Positions 24,085-37,838 of a DNA stretch of 64,000 nt are shown here, in pieces. Origin of the DNA: Azolla caroliniana (lineage: Eukaryota; Plantae; Polypodiophyta); the NCBI GenBank assembly GCA_043228905.1, contig JBHGNT010000010.1, positions 6,634,001 through 6,698,000 on the forward strand. Reading direction: 5' to 3'. The notes beneath the pieces are model-generated. The model did not search any database. It was not told the origin of the DNA and was given only the letters and a program-made list of their open reading frames with translations. The number at the start of each line of letters is the position of its first letter. Position 1 is the stretch's first letter. The position numbers were made by a program, and so were the translations under genes.

Positions 24085-25509
24085 AATGGTTTAGCCCCCA
24101 GGGGATTGAGGGGTAGTAAGGGAGAAAATAAAAGACAAAAAAAAATTAAAGAAAAAGATTACCTTTAAAGCCACAAATGGAACGAGATGTCACAATTTTG
24201 CTAGGAAGTATGGTCAGCACAAGTGTAGAGAGATGATGTGACGGCGTTGCCTGAACCCATGTGACAATGTTATCTGAGTATCTTAGCCAATTCTTATTTG
24301 TGACATGAAAGCGAACCAAAGAAGAATTTTAGAGTAGTTTGGAATGGTAGAAATTTGTTACAATGCATTTGTTGGGCTCGTTCATGGGCATCGAAAGAAG
24401 ATTTATGCACATGTGATGTCTTGTATGTCATGTGGTGAAAAAGAGAGCTCACTTATTGTGACCGGACGCTTGGTTTGCTATAATTCCATGGGTATTGTCC
24501 ATGGTACACTGAAGATAAACATGCATGAGTTACAATGAAGATAAACATGAGTGAAACGTCTTTTGAAATGTGGGTGTATACTACTGCTAGAAATACTACT
24601 ATATGGTGCCAACGTTGGAGCTTTCAAATGAATAATGTCAATGGGCAAATAAAAGATTATGGGAAGAGTTAATAATGTTGTGGAGTGGATGAGACGAATT
24701 GAAGAGGTTGCATAAAAGAGAACAAAATCGTCACGAGGAAAAGTTAGAGGTTTGATTGTTTGGTAGAAGAGCACCCAAGCGACATTTTTCTTTTTTTCTA
24801 CATTTTTCAAGTAGTGTTTTTATTTATTCACTAAATCAAAAGTCGAGAGTTTCCATGAACACGTGTATGAGGAGAAAAAAAGTAGTATCAATAGATATGA
24901 TGGTGATGATGATAATGATAAAAAACTGAGACAAATATGTAGAAGAACTTGACCCACTTACATCTATAACAATGATATGGGACTTACTCTCACCCATAAG
25001 GGCTTCAACTATTTAGAATACAAAGCTACTTATCCTTGTCCTTTACATGACTTGTCACAAATCTAAGGAACGAGCTTGAGCAAATGTTCAAGTGTAACAA
25101 TGCATTAAAAATCATCTCCAATTTTTATTCTTCTATTATCAACATTGTGGAATTTTTTAAGCACGATCACATATGTGAAGAGCGGCGCTATGCATGAACA
25201 CACATATGTCTAATTCTTAGGATTCTTATGTTACTAATTGCATTTAAAATCACCTTCACTACTTCTCCAATACTAATATGAAGGATGCCAAGACCTCTAA
25301 ACATACACTTTAGCTTCCGTTAAAGCGAATTAAATTACTCACCGTCACTACTCATTTAGTCATAAAATTGTGTCTTAGTCACCTTCAAACCATCTAAATG
25401 TGCAAAATGACTCTATACATAAATAGATTCGTACATGTATGCACATCCATACACACAAATACATTTAGATTGATTGTGTCTCTTTCCTTTCTTTTCTATA
25501 AACTAGTCG

Positions 25510-25511
<2 letters not shown>

Positions 25512-25564
<53 letters not shown>
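25512..25564. repeat. (CT)n microsatellite
   Basis: Seen directly. A shorter one lies at ~25685-25707. Confidence 0.95.
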
Positions 25565-25565
<1 letters not shown>

Positions 25566-28500
25566 ACACACACACATCTGTCTATCTACGCACACAATTA
25601 TTTATCTTAGGATTTGCTTCACTTACTTTGATGTCTCATTATTGTGAAATAAGTCAAAATTGGCCTCCAAAAGAAGTTAATACATCTCTCTCTCTCTCTC
25701 TCTCTCAAAGACCTACCATTTGTCTCTCCTATACACATATGCCTTGTCCTCAACTCCGTCACCAAAAGTGAATGACTAATTTAAGGATCCCTACATTCCC
25801 CACCATTTCTTTCTACAAGAGTTCACATTTTTAATCTGTTCACCGAGTGATTCTCTCCAATAAAGAGTTCAATCAAAACAAAACATTTTGATCCTCTCTC
25901 TTTTCTTGATTGCATTAACTATCTTAATGAAAGGAAAATGCTATTTACATATACTTCTTAGGTGTGAATTTATGGAGTAACATATATTGTTCTTCGATAA
26001 TATTCCTTAACCTTGTTATTTGTCATGGTTAAGATTGTCTATTTCAAATAGACAACAAATGCAATTGTTTGTTGGGAAATTTATCACTTCTCTATGGTGA
26101 AACATTAAGAATGTTCAATTGCGTAAGAAAATATAAAGTGACTTGAGGGAAGAGCTTTGGATGAACATTTTACCAATCAAGGATTACTATCAATCCTTTC
26201 CCATTGGGATTTTCCACTACAAATAGAGGTAACTGCAATTACTATGTGGAAATTTTAGACTTGTCTTCTATGGTGAAAAACTTAAAAAGTTCAATTGCAC
26301 AAGAAAATTTGATTATATTTGTACTGTTTATAGGACGCGTTACCATCAATATTGCTAGATAAGGACTATTGGTAATTTTGTTATGTACATTCCCAAATAG
26401 ATACATAAAATTGCTAAGATCTTGACCTTATTCATACATATTGAAGAGGATATATGGAAATTGTTACAAATATGTTTATGTTAGATTCTAGAAACCATCT
26501 TAACAATGTCACACATGGTGGGGCAACATAATACAAATTAAGAAAAGCTTATCTTGCTTGAGTAATTTCAATACAATGTGTAAGGTTGGCCACATCGGCC
26601 CTAGAAGTAAAGATGCCAATATAAATCTTGCTAGTTCTGTTTGATACATGGCTTGTTAGAAATATGATTTTCTATTATTAAAAAAAATGATTCTGGAGTT
26701 ATATTACACTATTCTCGATGACTATTCTAAGGCTTCCTAAGGTCATTTCCTATAGTGTTGATATTTGATGCCTTGTCAAGTTTAAAATATCAAAACATTA
26801 TTGAAATTCAGATAATAATATCCATTCTTATGATATTGTTAGTTTCTGTATTTTTTGGTGAGATTCGCAAACAAGCTATTCCCTCAATGCAACTACGATT
26901 TTGTACGGTCTTTTGGAAATGTTATAATCCAGTAAGGTTTCTCTTGGTACAGTCTTTGTTTTAAATGACCTTTTTCTAGACATCAAACTCACTATTCATT
27001 AATCCAGTGATAAGAAAAACATTTGTTGCCATTCGAACTTTTTTTTATAGTATCCACTCATTTGAGTCAAGCATGATAAATGGAGTAGGATCATCTGGGT
27101 GCTAGAATATTCGTGTAAAGAATCCATCAAGAGAATATGGTTGAGTAGATAGGCATCACAAAAGCTAATGAAAGCATACCTTCCTAATGCTTCAAGCATT
27201 CTAATTGAAAATGCAACTTTCATGATATTTCAAATTGTTACTGTTTCAATATCATTTCCACATGAAAATCGTATTAACATTTACTGAAATTGAGGTTAAC
27301 TTGAGCACAAAGATGCGATTACAGTGTATTTAACCAAGCAATGACTCAAGATAGGAGTGATATTAAGGTCGACCTATGGAATGAGGGAGGTTGTGTGTTG
27401 TCATTGAAATCTCATAATAGATTTTTGTCCAAGTTGATTTAACTACAATTTTCCAGTCTACTTTTCTTCAACACGATGATTTTATTAGTTACCTACGTCC
27501 TGCATTTTGAAATCCAGGAGTCAATGTATTTAACCTCACTAAATCATGAATATTCAAGACCTATAAAAGAAATACACCATCTATCACAAGCAAAACTTGC
27601 CATTTGTAGCTCAACATATGGACATGCCTTTGGCATTCTATACCACTAAATTACTAATAATGTAAGCAATGTTTAAAAGTAAAAGATTCTAAACCCCTTC
27701 ACTCGAGCTAGCGCGCTATGCTTTTACATATTCGAGTGCACCTCATCCCAACAAAACAAAAGGTTGTAACAAATGTCTCCAAAAACTTTCAAACTTTTTC
27801 ATTAAATACGTAACCTAACAATGTGGATCAATCCATTGTGTTTAATGACTAAATTTAACAAAAAGTAGGATATGTCATACACGACACAATGCTAAATATA
27901 AGAAACTCAAACACCCAAAGGGTTGTTCCACACTTCTTTAAGGGATCAACCAAATAGTCATAAAACAGTTTAAATTGAGTGTCTAGAATGGTTGATGATA
28001 TCCTTGAAGACCTCCACAAAGATTTAGAGAGAGCTTTTTGTCTAACCAAGAGCGAGTGAGGTGTGTGTTTGAAGGGGTAGTAAGATAGTAAACAAAGTTC
28101 AAGTGTTTTCCATGGGACACTATGGTACCATTGAATCCCTATTTCCAGCTATAATATTCAAATCATGCATTATTTTCTTATCCATACATGTTTTTATTTC
28201 TATACCTATTTCTTTCCGTAAAAGAAAACATCTTTAATGGATGCTTGTGATTGATTTGACAAGTCTTTTGTGAAAAACATATCCCTCCAAAAGGCTTTAA
28301 TTTGTGAGTCATTATCATTTACATGCATACAAATTCTAGAGAAGGATTCAATGTGGTCCTTGCCAGTGATCAAACTCTTAGTTGACATTGATTTTGTCCT
28401 CAAGCTTGTGTTGGATTACACTAGAACTAAGAAATGTCCACATGTTTACATTATTATTGATGTGTTATTGTTTGGAAAATTTTAAAGAGTGAGACCTCAA

Positions 28501-29647
28501 CCACAACCTCAAGAACATCAATCATGTGATTGCCCGAAATATATATTAAAAAGAAATGGAATATGCCTCGGGTTGCCTTGTGTCTAGACTGTTGAAGAAG
28601 ATTTAATCCTAGCAATAAGCATCCTCGACCCCACCCTTGCGAGAAGAGTGCTTCTTCCTTTATCGAGACTAGTCTAGATCAAGTTTTGCATGCGTGCAAC
28701 CCAACAAGGCATCACACCTTAAAATAAGCGAGAAAGGTTCATATTAATTTGTCCTTATTTTAAATAACAATTCCTCAAGTTGTATTTATTAATTTGAAGC
28801 TTTTCAAGTTATGCAAGAAGATCCATATGTAGTGAATTTGGCTACATATTTTAATTTTACAGAGTAATACTTTCCAATGAGACTCAAGAGGGAATAATAA
28901 ATTGAATATACTTTTAGTTCTTTTACAAGACAATACCTTACGTTATTTGCAAGGATAAATGCTCGATATAGTACTCATATCAAAGCTTAGTACTCACTTT
29001 CAAATATAAATAATATCCCTCAACAAAGGACCAACGTGGAAACATTTGAAGAGTTTCAATTACAAGAATATTTCACTCATTAAAAATAACTTTAACTTTT
29101 ACTTTGCACAACCCAAGGTTTGAAAAACGAATCACCCAACTCAAGTATATAAATGCAATCTCAAAGTCATACAACTCACGGTAAGTTTGGGGGTTCTAAA
29201 TTCTAGCAATAAGCTTTATATACCTTTTATGATTATCATGTGAGTTTATGCCCACTAGTGATTTGCTTTAAAGCATGACTGATCTTTTTTCCCTCACCAC
29301 AAGTAGTGAAAAGTTCGCTCCTAAAGAAAAAGGAATTATAGTTTGCATGATGCAAGAGCTGAAAAAGTTCCTTTTAAAGGTTGTGTTCATAAAACATTAC
29401 TTGTTCGATAGCATGATGTATAATTTGCTCCTAGAAGAATGGTAGAAAGCGTCGTTTAAAACGATGTGAAGAAACCTGTACCTGTTCTTAAAGAAGATGT
29501 ATACTTACCTTCTAAAAGAATGGATTTGATCTTCTTTTTTTGTAGTGAAAACCATTTTTAAAGACAATAGAGATAAGTATACCATTTCTCCAACCAACAT
29601 GGCCATTTTCAGAGTGACTAAAATTCCTCGTTAGCTATAGAAAACAG

Positions 29648-29840
29648 TAACCAAGACAAACTTTATTGCCATGACTGTGCTCAATATGTAACTATGTGCT
29701 GTGGCCCCTCACACATAAAGAAATATAAATATGAAACGTCAGTAATTAATGAAACATTAACCAAGACAAAGTTTATTTCCATGACTGTGTTCAATATGAA
29801 ACTATATGCTGTGGCCCCTCACACATAAAGAAATATAAAT
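29648..29840. repeat. Direct repeat, two 83-bp units with 110-bp period
   Basis: TAACCAAGACAAA...GCTGTGGCCCCTCACACATAAAGAAATATAAAT at 29648-29730 and 29758-29840. Confidence 0.9.
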
Positions 29841-32800
29841 AAAATGCAATGTGTCATTTTAGAACAATGATTGTGTTTTGTTCTAAAGTCTTGATAGGAC
29901 GCATACAAAATAAAGAAAATTAACTCCCAAAGATATCTTGTGATGTATATTGGGTGATCTATTGAAGGAGTTTTTGCAAATTAATGGCAAATATGAGCCA
30001 GTCCATGTGAAAAAACATATGTTGGAATGGATGTACGTCATGCTTGGATTGTGGTAGATGATAGAAACTTAACGAGGACCACAATAGCAAAAGCCCACAC
30101 AATAAAATAAAAGATGCTTTGACAATTGATGTCGATGATTATATTAACATTTGCACAAACCATAAATAGGACCAAGATACGAGAATACGATGATGTACAA
30201 ATGGAGAATAAATTCACTTGTTTCATGGGAATTTGAATGATATTGGAAATATATCACAAGTTGAAATCCAAGTGAGTATAATGTTTAGTTGGTTTAATTT
30301 AAGGCAAAAATTTAGCTTCCGTTTTAGTTTAGGATTTATGCTCAATGCGTGTTCGGTTAGGTTAACAAGGATAAGGCAATTGTTTGGGTTTAGAGCTTAT
30401 GCCTACATTTAGTTTTTCTTTTAGGTTTTATGTTGTCACTATCGCGGTGGTTGGGGGTGGATATTACTAGATGCTTTATGTACTACTACCCATTGTTTTA
30501 TTAAAAAGTTGGCCCCTGAGGGTGTCTATTATTGACACTTTATGTACTATTACCCATTCCTTGTTTTAAAATTTTGGCCCCTTACAAAACATTTATGCAC
30601 CATCCTCTTTCAATGTTACAAAACCACATTGCAACTGAGGAATATTGCCAAAAGGTATTATAGCCGCCTACTTACCGAAGACATGATAGCTACAGAGGAA
30701 GACATAAGCGATGATACTATCCTCCAAAGCATACCCGAGAAAGTCACACCGGAAATGAATACCTGGCTTGTGCGTCCTCTATCAATCATTGAGATATGGG
30801 AGGCCCTCACTGATTTAGATGCTGAGAGCTGCCCCGGAATTGACAGTCTCACCCCGCACTTCTTCACATGCCTTTGGGGCACTATTAAAGAAGACCTCCT
30901 CCAGGCATATGAGGAGATCATCACCCCTGGAAACATGCCGGAGGAATTTGGACAGGGGATGATACATCTTTTTCCTAAAAGTGGTGGGAATGCCAACGAC
31001 ATTCACAAATGGCGGCCCATTACTCTTCTCAATACTGTCTATAAGTTGCTCGCAAAAATCGTGGCACGCCGTTTAACTCCACTTCTTCCTCAACTCATTC
31101 ATCCGTCACAGACAGGTTTCGTTAGAAATCGGAGCATCCTAAACAACCTCTTCTCATTTTGGGAAGCAGTAGCCCTTGCCAAGCAGACCAACAAGAAGGT
31201 AGCGGTGGTGCTACTAGATTTTGAGAAAGCCTATGATAGGGTATGATGGAACTTTCTAGAAAGTGTGATGAGGAAACTCGGCTTTCAAGAGACATGGATC
31301 AAAGGCATTGCAGGATTTTATAGGAATGGCAGCAGTTGTGTTTCGCTGGCAGGTGAAAGGGGCCCCTTTTTCCGAATATCCCGCTCTGTACGGCAGGGAT
31401 GTCCACTAGCTCCATCCTTATTTCTATTATACGCCGAAGCACTCTCTTGCTTTCTCAACTCGCGGCATCTCAACCTATGTGGTCTTCCCATACCTCATTC
31501 TAACCAAAGCATCCTGGATATAGAATTTGCAGATGACACAACAGTCTACCTGCAAGGGGACATGGACAACCTCCAAAAGCTAGAAAGTGGGCTAGTTTTA
31601 TTTTGTAAGCGATCCAATGCCATGATCAATTGGCACAAATCCTGTGCAATATGGCTTTCTCAGGAAACACATCCGGCGTGGCACCCTCACCCCGCTTTCA
31701 AGTGGATCAACCAAGGAGTGAGCACCAAATATTTGGGCTTCCAAATTGGCTTCAACATACCGCCGGAGACTATGATTGCACCCGTTATCCTCTCCATTCG
31801 ACAAAAGTTGATACATTGGAGCTCTAAAAAATTGTCGCTAGCAGGTCGCATCATAGTGGCAAATCAGGTACTCCTCGCAACAGCATGGTACAGTCTATCA
31901 TACTGGACAATCTCCAAGGAAAGTATACATCAGATTCAACGACTGGTCCGCAACTACATTTGGTATGGTAAGGAAGACCATGTAGCTCGCGCCAAGGTGG
32001 CGTGGCCTATACTCACAATGCCTAAGTCGAGAGGGGGATTGGGTCTTATTGATCCCCTTTCACAATCGAAAGCCTTACTTGCCAAATTTGTGGCGTGAGG
32101 ACTCCAACCAAGAAATGATTGTTGGAAAATGCTACTGAGGTTACGTTTCGCTTACTTTAAGCCACGAAAAGGGGTCAATTGGGCCCCCCAAACGGGATGG
32201 ATTCTAAACATGGATCTCAAACCTAGTTTCTCCCGCCATTTGGAGGACAAATTCAGTGCATCCATGTGGAAGGCATGGTGTGACATTCGTTGGGGGCTCT
32301 AGTGTGATCAACTGAGATCCGAACCTGCCTGGCTCAGTCAACTTATCCTATGGAACCCATGTCTTAAGGATGAATCTAATCAACTACTGGGATCACGTAA
32401 GGGGGTGTCATGGGGATACATTGCAGAAGGTCTAGGCAAAAGTATTGAATGTTGGCGACGGTTTATGTCAATGCCACTACAAGATCAAGCGAACATACTC
32501 CATGGAATCAGGGGCGGATGGACTATGAGATCGGAAATCATTAATGCGCTACTGATTAGGGACTCTGCTACTCAAAGGACGACAATGGAGAAATGGATAG
32601 GCCACGAGGAGGAGGGCTCTCTGATCCCGAGAGGTAGGGGAGCACCAGACATGCTCGAAGGCCATGAAGTGAGAGACACTAAGACACCCACACAGAATAA
32701 CGCCATTCGAGTACTCGCGTACACTGGTCATAAATGGATTGTAGATCCTGATCTGATCAAAGTACAACCCGATTGACATATATGTACTCATGAAAACACA

Positions 32801-33525
32801 TGGCTGCGTAAGGTCAGTTGGGACCCTTTGCAATGGACATGGCGTGATCCCTACGCGGGGCAAGGAAGCAAACCCATCCTTTTCTTCCAATTCACAACTA
32901 GATTGGGTCGCCACATTCTAGCCGCTCAAGCCGCCCGAGAACCGGCTGCTGCAAAGGTCTGGTGCACATTTCAAGTTCCCTCCGCCATAATCACCAAGTT
33001 TTGGCAGAAAATCTGGAAGCAACAACACTCGAGGCGAATTACCACTTTCCACTGGCTGTTAATGTTGCAAAACAGCGCTCGGTCACAAACCTAGGAATAG
33101 GATCAACTCACAGAAAACGGGAAATACAAAGTGCACGAAGACAATAGAGAGAAGAGTACATAGGGTGTTTTACGTGGGAAACCCTAAATGGGAAAAACCA
33201 CGGGAGTCCTCTAACTCCAACTATCACTATACACAGAGATGTACAATGGTGAAGCTACAAGGCAACAACCTTGAGCTCACTGTCTTCGCCGCAGGCGGCG
33301 GTAATACACAGAGACGTCGACCTCTTCCTTTCTCTCTCTCTCTCTCGGCTGCTCTCACTTTGCTCTCTAGACTAAAACATAAAAATGAGCAACAACATTT
33401 AAACTGTTTGCCCTAAGTCATATTTATACGCATATGACTTTCGGGATATTTACAAATATAGCCTCAAGGGCCCTTGGCAGACATATTCACAAATATGTCC
33501 CCGCATCCGGATCTCGCTCCGGGTA

Positions 33526-33705
33526 CCTTCATCATCCGGCTCCGTAGCCGGGGTCTTCATCATTCGGCTCCGTAGCCGGGGTCTTCATCATCCGGCTCCG
33601 TAGCCGGGGTCTTCATCATCCGGCTCCGTAGCCGGGGTCTTCATCATCCGGCTCCGTAGCCGGGGTCTTCAGCATCCGGCTCCGTAACCGGGGTCTTCAT
33701 CATCC
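33526..33705. repeat. 28-bp tandem array in the 3' LTR U3 (6 full units plus a partial)
   Basis: TCTTCATCATCCGGCTCCGTAGCCGGGG repeated. Only 2 full units in the 5' LTR (~38335-38400). Confidence 0.95.
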
Positions 33706-33764
33706 GGTTCCCGGACATCCGACCATCCCATCCGGAGGGACCGTAATCCCAACAAACTCCCCCT

Positions 33765-36700
33765 TCACTTCGGCATGGGATGTCTCTCCAATCCGATCCT
33801 TTTCCGGCATGCTTCCAGCTTGTCGGGTGTGAGTACCTTGGTCAGCATATCCGACCCGTTCTCGTCCGTGTGGATCTTCGTCAGCATGAACTCCTTGTCT
33901 TCTATCCTTTCCCGGATCCAATGGTATCTACGCTGGATGTGCTTCGTCCGGGAGTGATAGGCCGCATTCTTCGCAAGGTGAATGGCACTCTGACTGTCGC
34001 AGTAGAGTCGGTACTCCTCCTGCCGGATACCGAGCTCTCTAATGAAGTCCTTCATCCATATTATTTCCTTGCCGGCTTCAACAGCCGCCATGTACTCCGC
34101 CTCCGTGGTTGACAACGCAACCGTCTTCTGCAGCCTCGACTGCCATGAAACAGCTCCCCCTGCATACGTCATCACATACCCTGATGTGGACCGGCTGGTA
34201 TCTGCATCAGCCGACATATCCGAATCGGTGAAGCCGTCGAGTTCGGGCTTACCGGAGCCGAATCGGAGGCACACGTTTACCGTGCCCTTCAGGTATCAGA
34301 GTATCCACTTGGCCGCGTTCCAATGCTCTTTGCCGGGATTGCTCATGTACCGGCTCACCACTCCGACTGCATATCCTATGTCCGGTCGGGTACACACCAT
34401 TGCGTACATCAAGCTCCCGACGGCAGAGGCGTATGGTACTTTCATCATGTCCTCCTTCTCAGCCTTTGTCTTGGGGCTTTGCTTGCTGGACAGCTTGCAG
34501 TTTGCCGGGAGTGTTGACCCGACCGGCCTTGCTTCCGACATGTTGAACCGGTGAAGCACCTTTGTCACGTACTTCTCCTGTGACAGCCACAACTGCTTTT
34601 TCTGCCGGTCTCGGATGATGTGCATCCCTAGTATTTGCCTCGCCGGACCCAGGTCCTTCATTGAGAAGGTTCGGTGAAGAGCCTTCTTCAGCATCCGTAT
34701 CTTGACCTGGTCTCGTCCGACGATCAACATGTCGTCTACGTACAGGAGGAGTATTAGAAAGTCTCCTCCTTCGAACTTCTTCACAAACATGCAGTGGTCG
34801 GACTGCGTTTTGAGGTACCCTTCGTCGGTCATGAAGGAGTCGAACTTCCGGTACCATTGCCGGGGAGCCTGCTTCAGTCCATAAAGGCTCTTCTTCAACC
34901 GGCATACCAGGTGCTCCTTCCCTTTCTTCTCGAATCCTTCCGGTTGCTGCATGTAGATCTCTTCTTTGAGGTCGCCGTGAAGGAATGCCGTCTTCACGTC
35001 CATCTGTTCTACCTCGAGGTCCATGCTTGCCGCTATGCTCAGCACCGTCCGGATGGAGGTCATCTTCACTACCGGGGCAAATATCTCGTCGAAGTCGACG
35101 CCCTTCTTCTGCTGAAACCCCTTCACCACGATCCTGGCTTTGTATCTCGGGGGGTTTCCGGCATCTCCCGGTTTCAGCTTGAACACCCACTTGTTTCGAA
35201 GTGCCCGCTTTCCTTTCAGCAACTCCACAAGTTCATATGTGTGGTTCTCATGCAGGGAATCCATCTCGTCCTGCATGGCACTCAACCACCTGTGGCTCTG
35301 GGTGTCATGCTTTGCTTCTTCAAAGCTCTCCGGCTCCCCCTCGTCGGTTAGCAGTACGTGCTCTGGTTCCGGAAATCTCCGGGGGGCCCTTCTCTCTCTT
35401 AGAGGATATCTCCGTTCCGGAGCTTCGGTAACCGGTTCTTCCGATTCTTCTTCATCCGAATCCATTTCGGGATCGGGGCCGGTTCCGGTATCATTTTCAT
35501 CTTCTTCGGCCGGTTCTGTTTCTTCATCGTCTTCGGCCGGATCCTCGAGTGCTAACCGGTCCCTTGCCGGTCGGGACTGCTCCTCGTAGAGTTGATCCTC
35601 ACCGGTCGACTTGGAGCTCTTCATCTTCTTCTCCGACTCCCAGTCGGCGAGTGTCTTGTCCTCCATGAAGATGATGTCTCGACTCCTGAATATCTTCTTG
35701 TCGACCGGGTCCCATACTCGGTAGCCGAACTCGTCGTTGCCGTAACCGAGGAATATGCATGGCCAGGTCTTTGGATCTAGCTTTCCTCTCCGGTCCTTTG
35801 CCACATGCACGTATGCGAGACACCCGAACACCTTCAGATGCCGGTAAGATACTTCCCTACCGGTCCACACTCTCTGCGGCGTGTCTCCGTCCAAAGGTAC
35901 TGAGGGTGATCTATTTATCACATACGTCGCCGTCGACATTGCCTCAGCCCAAAATCCCTTGGGTAATTTCGCATGTGCTAGCATACTCCGGACCCTCTCC
36001 ATTATGGTCCGGTTCATCCTCTCGGCCAGCCCGTTTAGTTCCGGCGTCTTCGGCACAGTAAACTCGAGCCGGATTCCTTTCGAGCGACAGTACTCCGCGA
36101 ACTGCCCCCGGTATTCCCCTCCGTTATCCGCTCGTATCGCTTTCAGCTTCTTGCCGGATTCTCTTTCCACTCTCGCGTGGAGTTCTTTGAAGACGGACAA
36201 TACTTGGTCCTTTGTCTTCAACGGTGCCGTCCACAGCTTCCGGCTATGGTCATCTATGAATGTTACGAAGTACTGAGCTCCGCCATGTGACTTCGCTTCT
36301 ACTTGACACACATCAGTGTGTACCAACTCCAATGGTGTGCTATGTCTCGTCGGTGGCCTTGAGTGGAAGGAGGTCCGGTTTTGCTTACCGGCCAGACAGT
36401 CGGTACACTTCCCCAGGTGTACGTGCTTTACCGGTATCAGGTTGTCATCGGCAAGCCTCTTCATCCCCTTCTCACTCATGTGGCACAGTCTCTTGTGCCA
36501 CAGCTCACCGGCAGTGTCGGCTGCCACATTCAGCTCCTCCGGACATAGCCGGGAATTCATCAGGTACAGTGTGTTGACTTTACGGGCCCGAGCCACTATC
36601 AGGCTCCCCTTGCTGAACTTCATTACGCCGTTCCGGATGCTACCTGTGTAGCCTTCATCATCTAGCCTCCCGGCCGAAATCAGGTTCAATCGAACCTCCG

Positions 36701-37838
36701 GAACGTGTCTGACATCCTTCAGCAGCATTTTGCATCCGGTCGGGGTTGTCAACCACACGTCTCCTATGCCGGCAATCCGGCACGTACCTTCATTTCCCAT
36801 CCAAACACAGCCATGCTCACCGGCTGTGTAGGATGAGAAGTATCTTCTTTCCGGGGTCAGGTGGAACGACGCTCCGGAATCGACCACCCAGGTCATCTCT
36901 ACACCGGCAAGGTTCAGCTCCCTCTCTTCGGTAATGAGCATTATCTCTTCTTCACTTGCCGCGAGTGCCGTCGTTCCTTTCCGGTCCTGCCCTCGCCGAT
37001 CCGGACCTCTCCGGTCCGTGGCTCCCCGGTATGCACCGTTTCTCTCCGGTGACTCCTTCGAATCGGTGTCGTCGGCTCCGTTGTCCTTTCGGTAATGCCG
37101 ACAATTCTTCCGGAAGTGCCCCGGCTTCCCACAGTGGAAGCATGTGGGCCTTCCTCTTGACTGCGACCGGGTCCCCGACTTCTCCCGTCTTTGCGGACTC
37201 CGGTTCCATTGCCTTCCCCGATCCGATTCGGTAAGCAGCATCTTCGGATCGGAAACCGGTTCTTTATCTCTCCGACGCGCTTCTTCGTTCAAAATGCTTG
37301 TCTTTACCGTTTGTAGAGACAAGTTATCTTCGGTGCAGGAGGTGCTGAGAGTCACCACCAAGTTCTCCCAGCTTTCCGGCAATGTACACATCAGAATGAT
37401 GGCTTGCATTGCATCCTCCAACGGGAACTTGATCGCCGCAAGCTGGTTCACGAATCCCATGAACGTGCTCACGTGTTCCACCATATTCTCGCCGTCCCGG
37501 TACTTGAGGTTCACTATCTTCCTCATCAGGGAGGTCCGGTTCAACGCATTCTTCCTCTCGTAGAGGCCCGACAGCTTCTTCCACATCTCATATGCGTTGG
37601 TGTCGTTCGCCACATGTTGTAGAACGCTTACATCGACATATTGCCGGATCGTCGCTACGGCTTTCCGGTTTAGGAGCTTCCACTCCGACTCTATTACCCC
37701 CTTGGGTATCTCGGCATTGTCGATCGGTTCATACAGGTCTCGGACGATGAGAAGGTCTTCCATCTTTATCTTCCAGTCGGCGTAGTTCTGTGAGTTCAAC
37801 ACCATCATGCCCGGAGGCCCACTACCGCCGCCTTCCAT
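33765..37838 (-). pseudogene. Copia gag-pol polyprotein (1358 codons) with a single in-frame TGA at 34296-34298
   Basis: ORFs 34296-37877 and 33765-34274 are in the same frame. Motifs CFHCGKPGHFRKNC, VDSGAS, HTDVC, TPELNG, QMDVKTAFLHG, LYVDD, DSDM, KHI. The sister copy reads KWILRYL where this one reads KWIL*YL. Confidence 0.95.

Noticed and set aside
26500-28500. Possible degenerate DNA-transposase or second host gene (short ORFs 26999-27223, 28206-28403)
   Set aside because: I could not identify a catalytic motif, terminal inverted repeats or consistent splice structure. It needs a profile search.
33526-33705. Regular short repeats (also 43121-43385 and 23281-23510) as a possible CRISPR array
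   Set aside because: Units are head-to-tail with no unique spacers, there are no cas genes, the context is eukaryotic, and they lie in LTR U3 regions or a coding exon.
34042-37785. Many overlapping antisense and alternate-frame ORFs over the Copia pol genes
   Set aside because: They are shadows of GC-rich coding sequence with no independent motifs.
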